Shown here piece after piece: positions 48,443 to 60,904 of a stretch of DNA of 64,000 bases. The stretch comes from Nitrospirota bacterium (lineage in GTDB: Bacteria > Nitrospirota > Thermodesulfovibrionia > Thermodesulfovibrionales > Dissulfurispiraceae), in contig CAWBMP010000004.1 of assembly GCA_963790025.1 (NCBI GenBank), positions 128,001 through 192,000 on the forward strand, read 5' to 3'. Both the position numbers and the translations under genes were made by a program. Under the pieces are notes generated by a model. The model was not told where the DNA came from. It ran no database searches and saw nothing but the letters and a program-made list of their open reading frames with translations. Position 1 is the first letter of the stretch. Each line of letters opens with the position of its first letter.

Positions 48443-49641
48443 AGCTTTTTAAAAACTCCATTTATCCGATCTATTACGAAGCTGATATCCTTTTCTTCCA
48501 TGGAAGGATAGAGCGGAATACTGATTTCTCTTTGATAAAAATCCTCGGCAACCGGGCATGGCCCTTTTTTGTAGCCGAGATTTTCATAATAAGGCTGCAG
48601 GTAAACCGGAATGTAATGTACCTGTACGCCAAGACCTGCTTCCCTCATACTTGAGAATATTGCCTTCTTCTCATTTTTGCATGTTTCCTTGAGTCGTATC
48701 GGATAAAGATGATATGATGAACGGCCATAGTTTTTTTCAACAGGCACATCAAAATAAGAATTGTTTTTGAACGCTTCATTATAACGGGCGACAATTGCCC
48801 GCCTATATTCGGTGAACCTGTTGAGTTTTTTAAGTTGCGATATACCGAGCGCCGCCTGGATATCGGTCATCCTGTAATTGTTACCCAAAAAATGCATCTC
48901 GTAATACCAGTCGCCATGCGACCCATTAACAAAATTTTCTCTTGTTATGCCGTGTGTCCGGAATTGTTTGAGACGCTTATATATTATCCTGTCATTCGTC
49001 AAGGCCGCCCCGCCCTCGCCGGTGGTAATAGGCTTCACCGGATGAAAGCTGAAAACAGTAATATCGGAATGCATACACGCACCGACCTTAATCCAGTCGC
49101 AGCCCATGGTTTTTTTCCCTTTGCCATTTGTTATTTGCCTCCGGTATTCCGCGCCTATGGCGTGACAGGCATCTTCGATAACAATAAGACCGTGTTTTAT
49201 GGCAATACGCTGTAGGGCATCCATATCGACCGGGTGGCCTGCATAATGAACAGGCACAAGGGCCTTTGTTTGCCGGTTTATTGCTGACTCGATCAGTTCA
49301 GTATCTATATTGCCCGTATCACACTCGACATCGACAAAGACAGGCTTTATGCCGAGCATCAATGCAGCATTTGATGTGGCAGAGAAGGTAATGGGAGAGG
49401 TGATCAGGGCATCATCACGGCCCAGGCCGGCTGAAAAATAGGCGGCATGCAACGCGGCAGTGCCCGAGGAGAAAACAACGGCATATTCTGTCCCGGCATA
49501 TGAGGCAAGGGCGGCCTCAAAAGCATCTACCGCAGGCCCCTGTGTCAGATAATCCGACTTGAGGACAGAAACCACCGCTGCAATGTCCTCCTCGTCGATG
49601 GATTGCCTGCTGTATGGAATAAAAATTTTATTGTCCGGCAC
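48439..49641 (-). CDS. pseC: UDP-4-keto-sugar aminotransferase
   Basis: IPYSRQSI, LTQGP, EDACHAIG, SFHPVKPITTGEGG. Confidence 0.92.
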   Translation of the reverse strand: MPDNKIFIPYSRQSIDEEDIAAVVSVLKSDYLTQGPAVDAFEAALASYAGTEYAVVFSSGTAALHAAYFSAGLGRDDALITSPITFSATSNAALMLGIKPVFVDVECDTGNIDTELIESAINRQTKALVPVHYAGHPVDMDALQRIAIKHGLIVIEDACHAIGAEYRRQITNGKGKKTMGCDWIKVGACMHSDITVFSFHPVKPITTGEGGAALTNDRIIYKRLKQFRTHGITRENFVNGSHGDWYYEMHFLGNNYRMTDIQAALGISQLKKLNRFTEYRRAIVARYNEAFKNNSYFDVPVEKNYGRSSYHLYPIRLKETCKNEKKAIFSSMREAGLGVQVHYIPVYLQPYYENLGYKKGPCPVAEDFYQREISIPLYPSMEEKDISFVIDRINGVFKKL

Positions 49642-49670
49642 GTACGTTTCTCCGCGAACGCCCCCGGCCC

Positions 49671-50681
49671 TTATCCGGCAGAGCGCCTGTCGATATTCAT
49701 AGTCTCTATCAGGCCGCTGATTTCAGTATGTGATAGCCAATGGTCGTTTTTATCGCTCCTGTAAAAAAAGCCTTCAACCATTCTCGGATATTTGGAGTAG
49801 CCGAAATGTTTGTTGTCATGGAAACTGAATTGGGGCAGAATGACGTACACATCGCCCATATCAACAGTATTCCTTCCCTCATCTTCGGAAATAAGCGATT
49901 CGTGCAGTTTTTCACCCGGCCTGATGCCGATAAACTCACATCCGGCATCAGGGCAGAGCGCCTTTACAATATCGGTGATTTTTGTGCTCGGTATCTTGGG
50001 CACAAATACCTCTCCGCCTACACTGTCCCTGGCAGCCCTGCAGACCAGGTCCACTGCCTGCGAAAGCGTTATCCAGAACCGTGTCATACGTTCGTCCGTA
50101 ACCGGGAACTTTTTTCCGCCCTTGTTTAATAAGTTGATATAGAGCGGTATAACACTGCCCCGGCTGCCGACCACATTACCATATCTTACTACGGAAAAAG
50201 TCGTATCTTTGGCCCCAACATATGCGTTGCCCGCGACGAACAATTTTTCCATAGCGAGTTTAGTTGCGCCGTATAAATTGATCGGGCTGACCGCCTTATC
50301 CGTAGAGAGCGCTATCACCTTTTTAACGCCTTTATCTATGGCGACTTCGATGATGTTCTGTGCCCCCAGAACATTCGTCTTTATCGCTTCAAAGGGATTA
50401 TATTCCGCCGCGGGCACCTGCTTGATCGCAGCGGCATGAATAACGTAATCGACCCCTTCGAAAGCCCTGCATAAACGGCCCCTGTCCCTGACATCACCGA
50501 GAAAATAACGTACAGGATAGTTGGATTCAGGGAAATATTTTGACATTTCAAATTGCTTGAATTCATCTCTGCTGAATATAATGACTTTCCGGGGTTTATA
50601 ATTATTTACAAGGTATTCGGTAAATTTTTTTCCAAAAGACCCGGTCCCGCCGGTAATAAGTATTATTTTGTCATTGAACAT
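49671..50681 (-). CDS. pseB: UDP-GlcNAc 4,6-dehydratase (inverting)
   Basis: ITGGTGSFG, SRDEFKQ, LSTDKA, RYGNVVGSRGS, RMTRFWI; AAGGAG RBS before ATG 50681. Confidence 0.95.
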   Translation of the reverse strand: MFNDKIILITGGTGSFGKKFTEYLVNNYKPRKVIIFSRDEFKQFEMSKYFPESNYPVRYFLGDVRDRGRLCRAFEGVDYVIHAAAIKQVPAAEYNPFEAIKTNVLGAQNIIEVAIDKGVKKVIALSTDKAVSPINLYGATKLAMEKLFVAGNAYVGAKDTTFSVVRYGNVVGSRGSVIPLYINLLNKGGKKFPVTDERMTRFWITLSQAVDLVCRAARDSVGGEVFVPKIPSTKITDIVKALCPDAGCEFIGIRPGEKLHESLISEDEGRNTVDMGDVYVILPQFSFHDNKHFGYSKYPRMVEGFFYRSDKNDHWLSHTEISGLIETMNIDRRSAG

Positions 50682-50730
50682 GTGAATCTCCTTGCAATCG
50701 CATTTGGAACTGGAATAACTTGAGTTTTTA

Positions 50731-50747
50731 AGCAATAATTATACCCA
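50731..50747 (-). promoter_or_regulatory. Possible sigma54 (-24/-12) or sigma70 -10 element upstream of pseB
   Basis: TG-GG-TATAATTATT-GC-T has GG-N10-GC spacing and also contains TATAAT. Confidence 0.35.
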
Positions 50748-51012
50748 GGCGCCAACATTTCTTATCGCCTTGTATTTTCGGCTTATTCTTTTGATTTATT
50801 TGGCGGAAGCACATATTTTCAATTCGCAAAGGGAAATTTTTTCCTGTCAACAAATTGACTATATGAACTGCCCCCGGCATTTCTTAGAAATAACTCTGAG
50901 GAAAAGCATCAGCGTGCTTATGCTGAATCTGTTGTATAATATTTCTTTCATAATAAATAAATATCCGTCACAAAATACCGGGAAGTGACTATCCGAAGAT
51001 TTGGAATCTTTT

Positions 51013-52623
51013 ATGGTAAAAAAAATAAAGAAGAATAACAAGGACCAATCTTTAAATATCTCCGGCGCCCTCCAATCAGCCGTAAAGCACCATCAGAAAG
51101 GGGAGTTGCAACAGGCAGAAGCGATTTATCATCAAGTATTGCGCATGGATAAAAACAATGCTGATGCGCATAACAATCTGGGCGTTGCGCTTAAAGAGCA
51201 GGGGAAGCTGGAGGAAGCAATAGCGTGTTACCGCCGTGCATTGTCCTTAAAACCTGATTATCTCGAGGCGTATAACAATCTTGGCATTGCGCTTGAAGAG
51301 CAGGGGAGGCTGGAGGAAGCAATAGCGTGTTACCGCCGTGCATTGTCTTTAAACCCTGACTTTCACATGACTCATTACAATTTGGGCGTTGCGCTTAAAG
51401 AGCAGGGGAAGCTGGAGGAAGCAATAGCGTGTTACCGCCGTGCATTGTCCTTAAAACCTGATTATCACGAAGCGCATAATGATCTGGGCATTGCGCTTAA
51501 GGACCTGGGACGGCTCGAAGAAGCAGCGGCCTGTTATCATCGTGCATTGTCCTTAAAACCCGATTTTCACGAGGCACATAATAATCTGGGGCTGATGTTC
51601 CAAGATCAGGGAAAATTAGACGAAGCAATTGTTTGTTACCAGCGTGCCTTGTCCTTAAAACCTGATTGTCCCGAGGCACATTTTAACTTGTCCACTATTT
51701 ATCTTTTAAAGGGTAATTTCAAAGAAGGATGGGAAGAATATAAATATCGACTCAGGAGGCAGGACGTTTCCAGGTATTTTAATCCTGTTCATCTCGATTT
51801 TACTCAGCCGTATTGGGACGGTTCTGATATTAAAGGCAAGACTATTTTACTTTGGGCTGAACAGGGATTGGGGGATGTTATCCAGTTTATAAGATATGTC
51901 CCTATGGTTTTTGAAAAAACCGACAAAATAATAGTTGAATGCCGGAAGGAACTGATTGTCTTAATTCAAGGAATAAACGGTATACATCAAGTTGTGGCTC
52001 AAGGACAACAATTGCCTGATTTTGATTTTCATTGCCCTTTGTTAACTCTGCCTTTGGTTTTTAATACAACACTTCAAACAATACCCGCGACGATACCCTA
52101 TATCATGAGTGATCGTCAAAAAGTTTTAATGTGGCGGGAACGGCTTCAGTCCGATAGTGCCAGGCTCAAAGTTGGTTTGTGCTGGGCAGGCAATCCGGCA
52201 CACAGGAATGACCTCAATCGTTCAATCTCTCTGGATATGTTTTCACCGCTTGGAGAGATGGAAGACGTTACTTTCTACAGCCTGCAGAAGGGAGAGGCAG
52301 CAGGGCAGACAGGGAATCCACCCAACAGGATGCACCTCGTCGATTATACGAATGACCTGAATGACTTTTCTGATACGGCCGCTTTGATCGAAAATCTTGA
52401 TCTCGTAATTTCCGTTGATACTGTAATAGTTCATTTAGCCGGAGCACTGGGTAAACCGGTCTGGACTTTACTTCCGTTTATGCCTGATTGGAGATGGATG
52501 CTGGACCGGGGGGACAGCCCCTGGTATCCTACAATGCGTTTATATCGACAGCCGGCATACGGGGACTGGGACAGTGCTTTGAAAATGATTAAGCTGGAAC
52601 TTCATGCCGTTGCGCAAGGATAG
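51013..52623 (+). CDS. TPR-repeat glycosyltransferase (GT9-like C-terminus)
   Basis: 34-aa TPRs; AEQGLGDVIQF, ISVDT..HLAGALG, DWRW, PWYP. Confidence 0.9.
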   Translation: MVKKIKKNNKDQSLNISGALQSAVKHHQKGELQQAEAIYHQVLRMDKNNADAHNNLGVALKEQGKLEEAIACYRRALSLKPDYLEAYNNLGIALEEQGRLEEAIACYRRALSLNPDFHMTHYNLGVALKEQGKLEEAIACYRRALSLKPDYHEAHNDLGIALKDLGRLEEAAACYHRALSLKPDFHEAHNNLGLMFQDQGKLDEAIVCYQRALSLKPDCPEAHFNLSTIYLLKGNFKEGWEEYKYRLRRQDVSRYFNPVHLDFTQPYWDGSDIKGKTILLWAEQGLGDVIQFIRYVPMVFEKTDKIIVECRKELIVLIQGINGIHQVVAQGQQLPDFDFHCPLLTLPLVFNTTLQTIPATIPYIMSDRQKVLMWRERLQSDSARLKVGLCWAGNPAHRNDLNRSISLDMFSPLGEMEDVTFYSLQKGEAAGQTGNPPNRMHLVDYTNDLNDFSDTAALIENLDLVISVDTVIVHLAGALGKPVWTLLPFMPDWRWMLDRGDSPWYPTMRLYRQPAYGDWDSALKMIKLELHAVAQG

Positions 52624-52642
52624 GAGAGTGGTTATAGCGATT

Positions 52643-54685
<2,043 letters not shown>

Positions 54686-55183
54686 TTATCTTTCGGCCCC
54701 TTTTGCTGTTTCATAAAGGAATCTCACCGCCTCAAGCGCTGCCTGCTCCTTATTTGAAGTCCTGTCTCCTGTGAGCCTGAGCTCTTTTGTCACGGTTTTT
54801 GCGGGCATACTCACAGCGATGTAGACAAGGCCCCGGGTCTTTCCCTCAAGCACATCGGGGCCCAGATTCCCTGTCGTAGCAAGGGCGTAATCTGTTTTAA
54901 GCAAAGCACGCGTCTTTTCTGCCATTTCGCGTGCTGCAGCATCGCTGATTATACCGTATGTCTCGATAGTGCCGGAAGCGAGGCCGAGTATGATACTTTT
55001 TGATGCATTCGAGTAAGTAACAACGCCCGCCTGAAAAAAAGCGCTCGAGCCCGGCAGCAATGTCATATAGTGGCTGATCAGCCCTCCGGTGCATGATTCG
55101 GCGACAGAAAGTGTCAACCCTTTTTTTACAAAAAGTTTATGCACATTCCTGATAATTTTCGACATCTCTTCGTTCATCTGCAT
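54686..55183 (-). CDS. pncC: CinA C-terminal/NMN deamidase
   Basis: AESCTGGL, PGSS, TYSN..K, TGNLGP. Confidence 0.85.
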   Translation of the reverse strand: MQMNEEMSKIIRNVHKLFVKKGLTLSVAESCTGGLISHYMTLLPGSSAFFQAGVVTYSNASKSIILGLASGTIETYGIISDAAAREMAEKTRALLKTDYALATTGNLGPDVLEGKTRGLVYIAVSMPAKTVTKELRLTGDRTSNKEQAALEAVRFLYETAKGAER

Positions 55184-55320
55184 TTAAGATACTATAACCC
55201 ATGTCAGGAAATTTCTCATGCCCTGCCATTATTGCAAAACGGTATACTTGTACGATACTATATTATCGTTATGGCATCGAAATTCCCGGGGATTAAAGGA
55301 CCGGACAGCAAAATAAAGTA

Positions 55321-56583
55321 ATGGATTTATTTCAACAGGAAGAGACATCGCCGGAAAGGACCGGCGCGCCCGATACCAATGCCCCGCTCGCTTACCGCAT
55401 GGCCCCCCGCACACTCGATGAATATATAGGACAGGAGCACATTCTCGGCAAGGGCAAACTGTTGAGACGCGCCATTGAAGCCGACAGGATCAGTTCGTTA
55501 ATACTTTATGGCCCTCCAGGCACCGGCAAGACAGCGCTCGCCAGGGTAATAGCGAACATGACAAAAGCCCATTTCGAATGGCTCAACGCGGCAGTTGCAG
55601 GTCTCGATGACCTCAGAAAGATTATACAGTCGGCAAAGGCTCGCAGATTGAACGGCGTGCGCACAGTGCTCTTCCTCGATGAAATTCACCGGTTCAACAA
55701 ACTGCAGCAGGACGTGCTGCTTCCGGATGTGGAGGAAGGCGTCATTACCCTGATTGCTGCGACGGTCGAAAACCCTTTTTTCTATGTCAACTCTGCGCTT
55801 ATTTCGAGAAGCCAGGTTTTTGAACTGCAACCACTCAGCGAGCAGTCTCTTCTTCGAATCCTGGACGCGGCGGCGAATGACACAGAGCGCGGATTGGGCG
55901 GCCTGAAAATCGCGGTCGATAGTGACGCACTGCGCCATATGGCAAAAATGTCTGCCGGCGATGCCAGGAAAGCGCTGTCCGCCCTGGAGCTTGCAGTGCT
56001 GTCCACCCCTCCGGGTGAAGACGGCGCCCTGCATGTGACGCTTTCTACGGCAGAGGAATCGATCCAGAAAAAGGCCGTTGTATACGATAAAAAAGGTGAC
56101 CAGCACTATGACACGATCTCGGCTTTCATAAAAAGCATGCGCGGCTCTGATCCTGATGCGGCTGTATATTATCTTGCCAAAATGCTTTATGCAGGAGAAG
56201 ACCCTCGTTTTATAGCGCGCAGGATAGTAATATGTGCTTCAGAGGATGTAGGCGATGCCGATCCTATGGCTTTAGTTATTGCGACGTCGGCACTGAGAGC
56301 AGTTGAATTTGTCGGCATGCCCGAGGGTAGAATACCTCTTGCCCAGGCTGCCATCTATATTGCTTCTGCCCCGAAAAGCAATGCCTGTTACCGTGCAATC
56401 GAGGCGGCGCTGGATGATATAAAAAATGAAGAGACGATGGAAGTGCCGGATCATTTAAAAGACAGCAGCTATCCCGGAGCCAAGAAACTCGGCCACGGGA
56501 AAGGCTACAAGTATCCCCATGATTACGGCGGTCATGTAGAGCAGGAATATCTCAAGAAGAAACGAAGCTATTATAAACCATAA
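55321..56583 (+). CDS. rarA: Replication-associated recombination protein A
   Basis: GPPGTGKT, LDEIHRF, HYDTISAFIKSMRGSD, YKYPHD. Confidence 0.95.
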   Translation: MDLFQQEETSPERTGAPDTNAPLAYRMAPRTLDEYIGQEHILGKGKLLRRAIEADRISSLILYGPPGTGKTALARVIANMTKAHFEWLNAAVAGLDDLRKIIQSAKARRLNGVRTVLFLDEIHRFNKLQQDVLLPDVEEGVITLIAATVENPFFYVNSALISRSQVFELQPLSEQSLLRILDAAANDTERGLGGLKIAVDSDALRHMAKMSAGDARKALSALELAVLSTPPGEDGALHVTLSTAEESIQKKAVVYDKKGDQHYDTISAFIKSMRGSDPDAAVYYLAKMLYAGEDPRFIARRIVICASEDVGDADPMALVIATSALRAVEFVGMPEGRIPLAQAAIYIASAPKSNACYRAIEAALDDIKNEETMEVPDHLKDSSYPGAKKLGHGKGYKYPHDYGGHVEQEYLKKKRSYYKP

Positions 56584-56589
56584 AAACCA

Positions 56590-56666
56590 GGCGATAGGCT
56601 ACAGGCTATTGGAATAATATCTTTTCTGTTGCTTTGACCTGTCGCCTATTGCCTATTGCCTATCCC
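56590..56666. repeat. Inverted heptamer-repeat element (same family as 12535)
   Basis: GGCGATA GGCTACA GGCTATT ... TGTCGCC TATTGCC TATTGCC TATCCC. Confidence 0.85.
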
Positions 56667-56683
56667 TTATGTTTTAATTATCC

Positions 56684-57433
56684 ATGATTAAGCTTGTTTT
56701 ACTGAGACATGGTGAAAGTACGTGGAACAAGGAAAACAGATTTACCGGGTGGACAGATGTGGACCTGTCGGAAAAGGGAATCGGCGAGGCTAAAAAAGCC
56801 GGTCACGTCCTGAAAGATGCCGGATTCGACTTTGATATCGCATTTACATCGGTACTGAAACGGGCCATAAGAACTTTGTGGATTGTCCTGGACCAAATGG
56901 ACCTGATGTGGATTCCCGTATACCGGTCGTGGCGTTTAAATGAGCGGCATTACGGCGCATTGCAGGGACTGAATAAGTCCCAGACGGCAGCCTGCTACGG
57001 AGAGGAACAAGTGCATATATGGCGCAGGAGCTTTGACGTCCCGCCTATTGCTCTCGAAATTACAGATCCCCGTTATCCCGGAAACGATCCGCGTTACAAA
57101 GATCTCAGCAGCAGCGAACTGCCGTTGGCTGAAAGTTTAAAAGATACTATCGCACGGTTTCTTCCTTATTGGCATGAGGTTATTGCCCCTGCCGTACATT
57201 CCGGCAAGAAGGCAATAATCGCAGCGCATGGAAATTCCCTCAGGGCCCTTGTAAAATATCTCGACGCTGTCCCCGACAACGACATCGTGGGATTGAATAT
57301 ACCTACAGGCATCCCCCTGGTTTATGAGCTTGATGACAACCTGAAGCCGCTTAAGCACTATTATCTCGGCGATGTTGCGGAAATTGAAAAAGCGGTGCAA
57401 AAAGTGGCGGGACAGGGAAAAGTATCGGAATAG
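56684..57433 (+). CDS. gpmA: 2,3-BPG-dependent phosphoglycerate mutase
   Basis: [21 protein letters not shown]. Confidence 0.97.
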   Translation: MIKLVLLRHGESTWNKENRFTGWTDVDLSEKGIGEAKKAGHVLKDAGFDFDIAFTSVLKRAIRTLWIVLDQMDLMWIPVYRSWRLNERHYGALQGLNKSQTAACYGEEQVHIWRRSFDVPPIALEITDPRYPGNDPRYKDLSSSELPLAESLKDTIARFLPYWHEVIAPAVHSGKKAIIAAHGNSLRALVKYLDAVPDNDIVGLNIPTGIPLVYELDDNLKPLKHYYLGDVAEIEKAVQKVAGQGKVSE

Positions 57434-57512
57434 CGTCAAAGGAAGTAGTTTCAGCACACAGAGAAACAGCTCGCCCCCTGCCGATATCCACACCTCTTTG
57501 TTATAATAAAAG

Positions 57513-59381
57513 ATGCTGCAAGTAAGCGATCTGTCTAAAGCATACGGACAACAGGTTATCTTCGATGGGGTGAGCTTCACGGTCGGTCCGGGAGAGCGCA
57601 TCGGACTGGTAGGCAGAAACGGGCACGGCAAAACAACCCTCTTCCGCATGATACTCGGTGAGGAGAAGCCTGATGATGGGATAATCAGCGTCCCTGTCGG
57701 CTATACCGTCGGCCACCTCTCCCAGCATATCCGTTTCACCCGTCCAACCGTACTGGAAGAAGGATGCCTTGGACTGCCTGCATCAGAGGACGGCAGGGAT
57801 GAATCCTATAAAGTAAAAACCATCCTCACCGGACTCGGCCTTTCCCCGGATGATTTCGACCGGAGCCCCCACTCACTCTCAGGCGGATACCAGATACGTC
57901 TGAATCTGGCCAAAGTGCTGGTGGAGGCGCCCAACCTCCTTCTCCTCGATGAGCCGACAAATTACCTCGATATCGTTTCCATACGCTGGCTGACCCAATT
58001 TTTGCGCAACTGGAAAAACGAACTGATCTTAATTACGCACGACAGGGACTTTATGGACAGCGTAACCACCCATACTATGGCCATCCACCGGTGCAAGATG
58101 AGAAAAATAGCCGGTCCGACCGGGAAGCTTTATGACCAGTTGCTGCAGGAGGAGGAAGTCTACGAGCAGACAAGGATAAACGAGGGAAAAAAACGTAAAG
58201 AGGTGGAACAGTTTATCAATCGTTTCAGGGCCCAGGCAACCAAAGCGAAGGCAGTGCAGTCAAAAATCAAGGCACTGCAAAAGAAGGGGAACCTGGAAAA
58301 AAAAACCCAGGCAAAAAACCTCGATTTCGAATTCAATTCTGCATCCTTCAACGGAAAATATCTGCTTGAGGCAAACAACATCTCTTTTTCATTTCCCCAT
58401 GAAGGACCGCTCATCAACAGCTTCAGCCTTACCGTAGGAAAAAACGACCGGATTGCAGTGATAGGAAAAAACGGTAAAGGGAAAACAACACTCCTTAATC
58501 TGCTGGCCGGAGAATTACCTCCTTCGAAAGGGACTGTTACACAGAACCCTAAATTGCAACTTGCCTACTTTGGACAGACCAACATCAACCGTCTCAACCC
58601 GGACAAGACAGTTGAGGATGAAATAATCGATGTGCTCCCAGAATACAGCAGAAAGGTCGCACGCTCAATCTGCGGCATTATGATGTTTGAAGGAGACAAG
58701 GCTCTGAAGAAAATAGAGGTCCTTTCCGGCGGAGAAAAAAGCCGCGTGATGCTCGGCAAGCTTCTGGTGGGCCCTGCCAATCTGCTCATGCTCGATGAGC
58801 CGACCAATCACCTCGATATGGAATCGATCGACTCACTGCTGGAGGCGTTATCTGCATTTGACGGCGCCGTCATAATCGTCACCCACAGTGAAATGATCCT
58901 TAACGCACTTGCTGCCAGGCTCGTAGTATTCGATGATGACCGCGTGAGCGTATTCGAAGGCACCTATCAGGATTTTCTAGACAGAGTCGGATGGGCGAAT
59001 GAAACGAGTACAGAGTGCTGCGAACAGGGGACTGTGCCCATGAATAAAACAACATCCATGAACGCTGTACGCTCCAAGAAAGATATGCGAAGGATCAAGG
59101 CCGAACTGGTCGGCGACAAGGGTAAAGTCCTCGGAGCGCTCAAAAAAAGGATCGCCGAAATCGAAACGATCATAATAGAATTAGAGCAGAAAGTTAATGA
59201 CGACACAAAAGCACTATTGGACGTTTCAGTGAAAAGCGAAAGTGCGGCAATAAAAAGCCTGTCAAAGTCGCTGCATAATACGCAAAAACAGATTGAGGTC
59301 CTTTTTGATGAGCTGTCAACTCTCACCGAAGAACTCGAATGTAAAACAAAGGCATTCGAAGAGAGGCTCAGTTCATTGTAA
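57513..59381 (+). CDS. ABC-F family ATPase
   Basis: Two ABC domains (GRNGHGKT, LSGG, LLDEPTN; GKNGKGKT, LSGGE), no TM segments, C-terminal coiled coil. Confidence 0.93.
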   Translation: MLQVSDLSKAYGQQVIFDGVSFTVGPGERIGLVGRNGHGKTTLFRMILGEEKPDDGIISVPVGYTVGHLSQHIRFTRPTVLEEGCLGLPASEDGRDESYKVKTILTGLGLSPDDFDRSPHSLSGGYQIRLNLAKVLVEAPNLLLLDEPTNYLDIVSIRWLTQFLRNWKNELILITHDRDFMDSVTTHTMAIHRCKMRKIAGPTGKLYDQLLQEEEVYEQTRINEGKKRKEVEQFINRFRAQATKAKAVQSKIKALQKKGNLEKKTQAKNLDFEFNSASFNGKYLLEANNISFSFPHEGPLINSFSLTVGKNDRIAVIGKNGKGKTTLLNLLAGELPPSKGTVTQNPKLQLAYFGQTNINRLNPDKTVEDEIIDVLPEYSRKVARSICGIMMFEGDKALKKIEVLSGGEKSRVMLGKLLVGPANLLMLDEPTNHLDMESIDSLLEALSAFDGAVIIVTHSEMILNALAARLVVFDDDRVSVFEGTYQDFLDRVGWANETSTECCEQGTVPMNKTTSMNAVRSKKDMRRIKAELVGDKGKVLGALKKRIAEIETIIIELEQKVNDDTKALLDVSVKSESAAIKSLSKSLHNTQKQIEVLFDELSTLTEELECKTKAFEERLSSL

Positions 59382-59407
59382 AATCAAATCCTGCGACAAA
59401 GAAAAGT

Positions 59408-60904
59408 TCAGAACGTTATCTTTTTTTCCGCCATCCGGGCCTTGAGGAGTTCTCCCAGGCTTCCGAGCGTCCCTGATGACTGCTCTTCACTCTTAAGCGA
59501 ATCCTTGTAACGCTTGTAGTCTGCCTGTTCTTCCTTCTCCTTCAGTGCCTTCCGGCTCAGCAGCACTTTGCCGCGCGCTGTATCAACTTCACGCACACCG
59601 ACCTGCATTGTTGACCCGGCTGGAAACATACGGCTGTGGTCCGATCCATTCGGTGTATCCATCTCGGAATTGGGGACAAGCCCTGTGAGATCATCACTTA
59701 TTTTTACAAACACCCCGAAAGGCATGACCTTGTCGACTGTTCCATCTATAATTTCGCCAACGGAAGGCAGGACGATTTTTTTCTCCTCGCGTTTGGGCTG
59801 CAGGGAAAGAGAAAACTTCCTGTTCTGAGGATCGACCGCGAGCACATATGCTTCAACCTGCTGGCCGACCTCAACAACCTCTTTCGGATGGTTTATGCGA
59901 CGACCCGCACCGAGATTCGAGATGTGGACCAAACCGTCTATGCCGGGTTCAACTGAAACAAAAGCGCCAAAGGGCACCAATCTGACAATAGTACCGTTCA
60001 CTTTTCCGCCCACTGAATACTTCTCAGTCGCACCGCTCCACGGGTCGGGCTGCGTCGCCTTGATGCTCACAGTCAGGCGCATCTTGTCCCAATCCAGCGA
60101 TAAAACCCTTACCGTCACTTCCTGTCCCGGCGACAGCACCTCTTCAGGCTTCTCTATCCTGCTCCATGAGATCTCGCTGAAAGGGACCAGTCCGTCAATG
60201 CCTCCGAGGTCGACAAAAGCTCCGAAATTCTGAAGAGAGCGCACCTTCGCGGTAATGTCCATGCCGATGGCAATTGTTTCTTTAAGATGGTCAATGCGGG
60301 CCTGGCGTTCCTCTTCAAGTATGGCGCGGCGAGAAACCACGATATTACGGCCGTCCTCTTTATAATCCAGCACCTTGACAGGGAATGTCTTGCCCACATA
60401 TTCTGCCCCGGATTTTCCACCTCTTTTTAGGCTGATATGCGACCCGGGGCAAAAACATGATACACCGTCGATCGAGACCTCGAACCCACCTTTTATCTCA
60501 CGCTTAAACTCTCCGTCTATCGGTGTACCGGCTTTGAAGGCGTCCTGTATTGCTTCAAGACGCAGGGAGGAATAACCATGGACCAGCGTTGTGAGTTGCC
60601 TGATGCCGTCCTGCACAGACTTGAAAAAGGCATCGATAACGTCACCCTCGCTCACCCGGCATATTCCATTTTCGTCGATAAATTCGCTGAGAGCTATCAT
60701 TCCCTCGCTCTTTCCGCCGAGATCGATAAACACCTCATCGCCGGAAATACTGATCACTTTGGCCCTGACCTTCTGCCCGGGCTTGAGTCTGTCAGAAGCC
60801 GCGCCGTTCTTCTCCAGCAGGGCGGCAAAACTCTCTTCCTCAAGGGAAATCATTTCCTGCCCGGCAACATTTAATGCCGCATCTTTTACGCAATCATCAG
60901 TCAT
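59408..60904 (-). CDS. rpsA: Ribosomal protein S1-like multi-S1-domain protein
   Basis: Repeated FGAFV..G.DGLV motifs; ends GTLGSLGELLK. Confidence 0.8.
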   Translation of the reverse strand: MTDDCVKDAALNVAGQEMISLEEESFAALLEKNGAASDRLKPGQKVRAKVISISGDEVFIDLGGKSEGMIALSEFIDENGICRVSEGDVIDAFFKSVQDGIRQLTTLVHGYSSLRLEAIQDAFKAGTPIDGEFKREIKGGFEVSIDGVSCFCPGSHISLKRGGKSGAEYVGKTFPVKVLDYKEDGRNIVVSRRAILEEERQARIDHLKETIAIGMDITAKVRSLQNFGAFVDLGGIDGLVPFSEISWSRIEKPEEVLSPGQEVTVRVLSLDWDKMRLTVSIKATQPDPWSGATEKYSVGGKVNGTIVRLVPFGAFVSVEPGIDGLVHISNLGAGRRINHPKEVVEVGQQVEAYVLAVDPQNRKFSLSLQPKREEKKIVLPSVGEIIDGTVDKVMPFGVFVKISDDLTGLVPNSEMDTPNGSDHSRMFPAGSTMQVGVREVDTARGKVLLSRKALKEKEEQADYKRYKDSLKSEEQSSGTLGSLGELLKARMAEKKITF

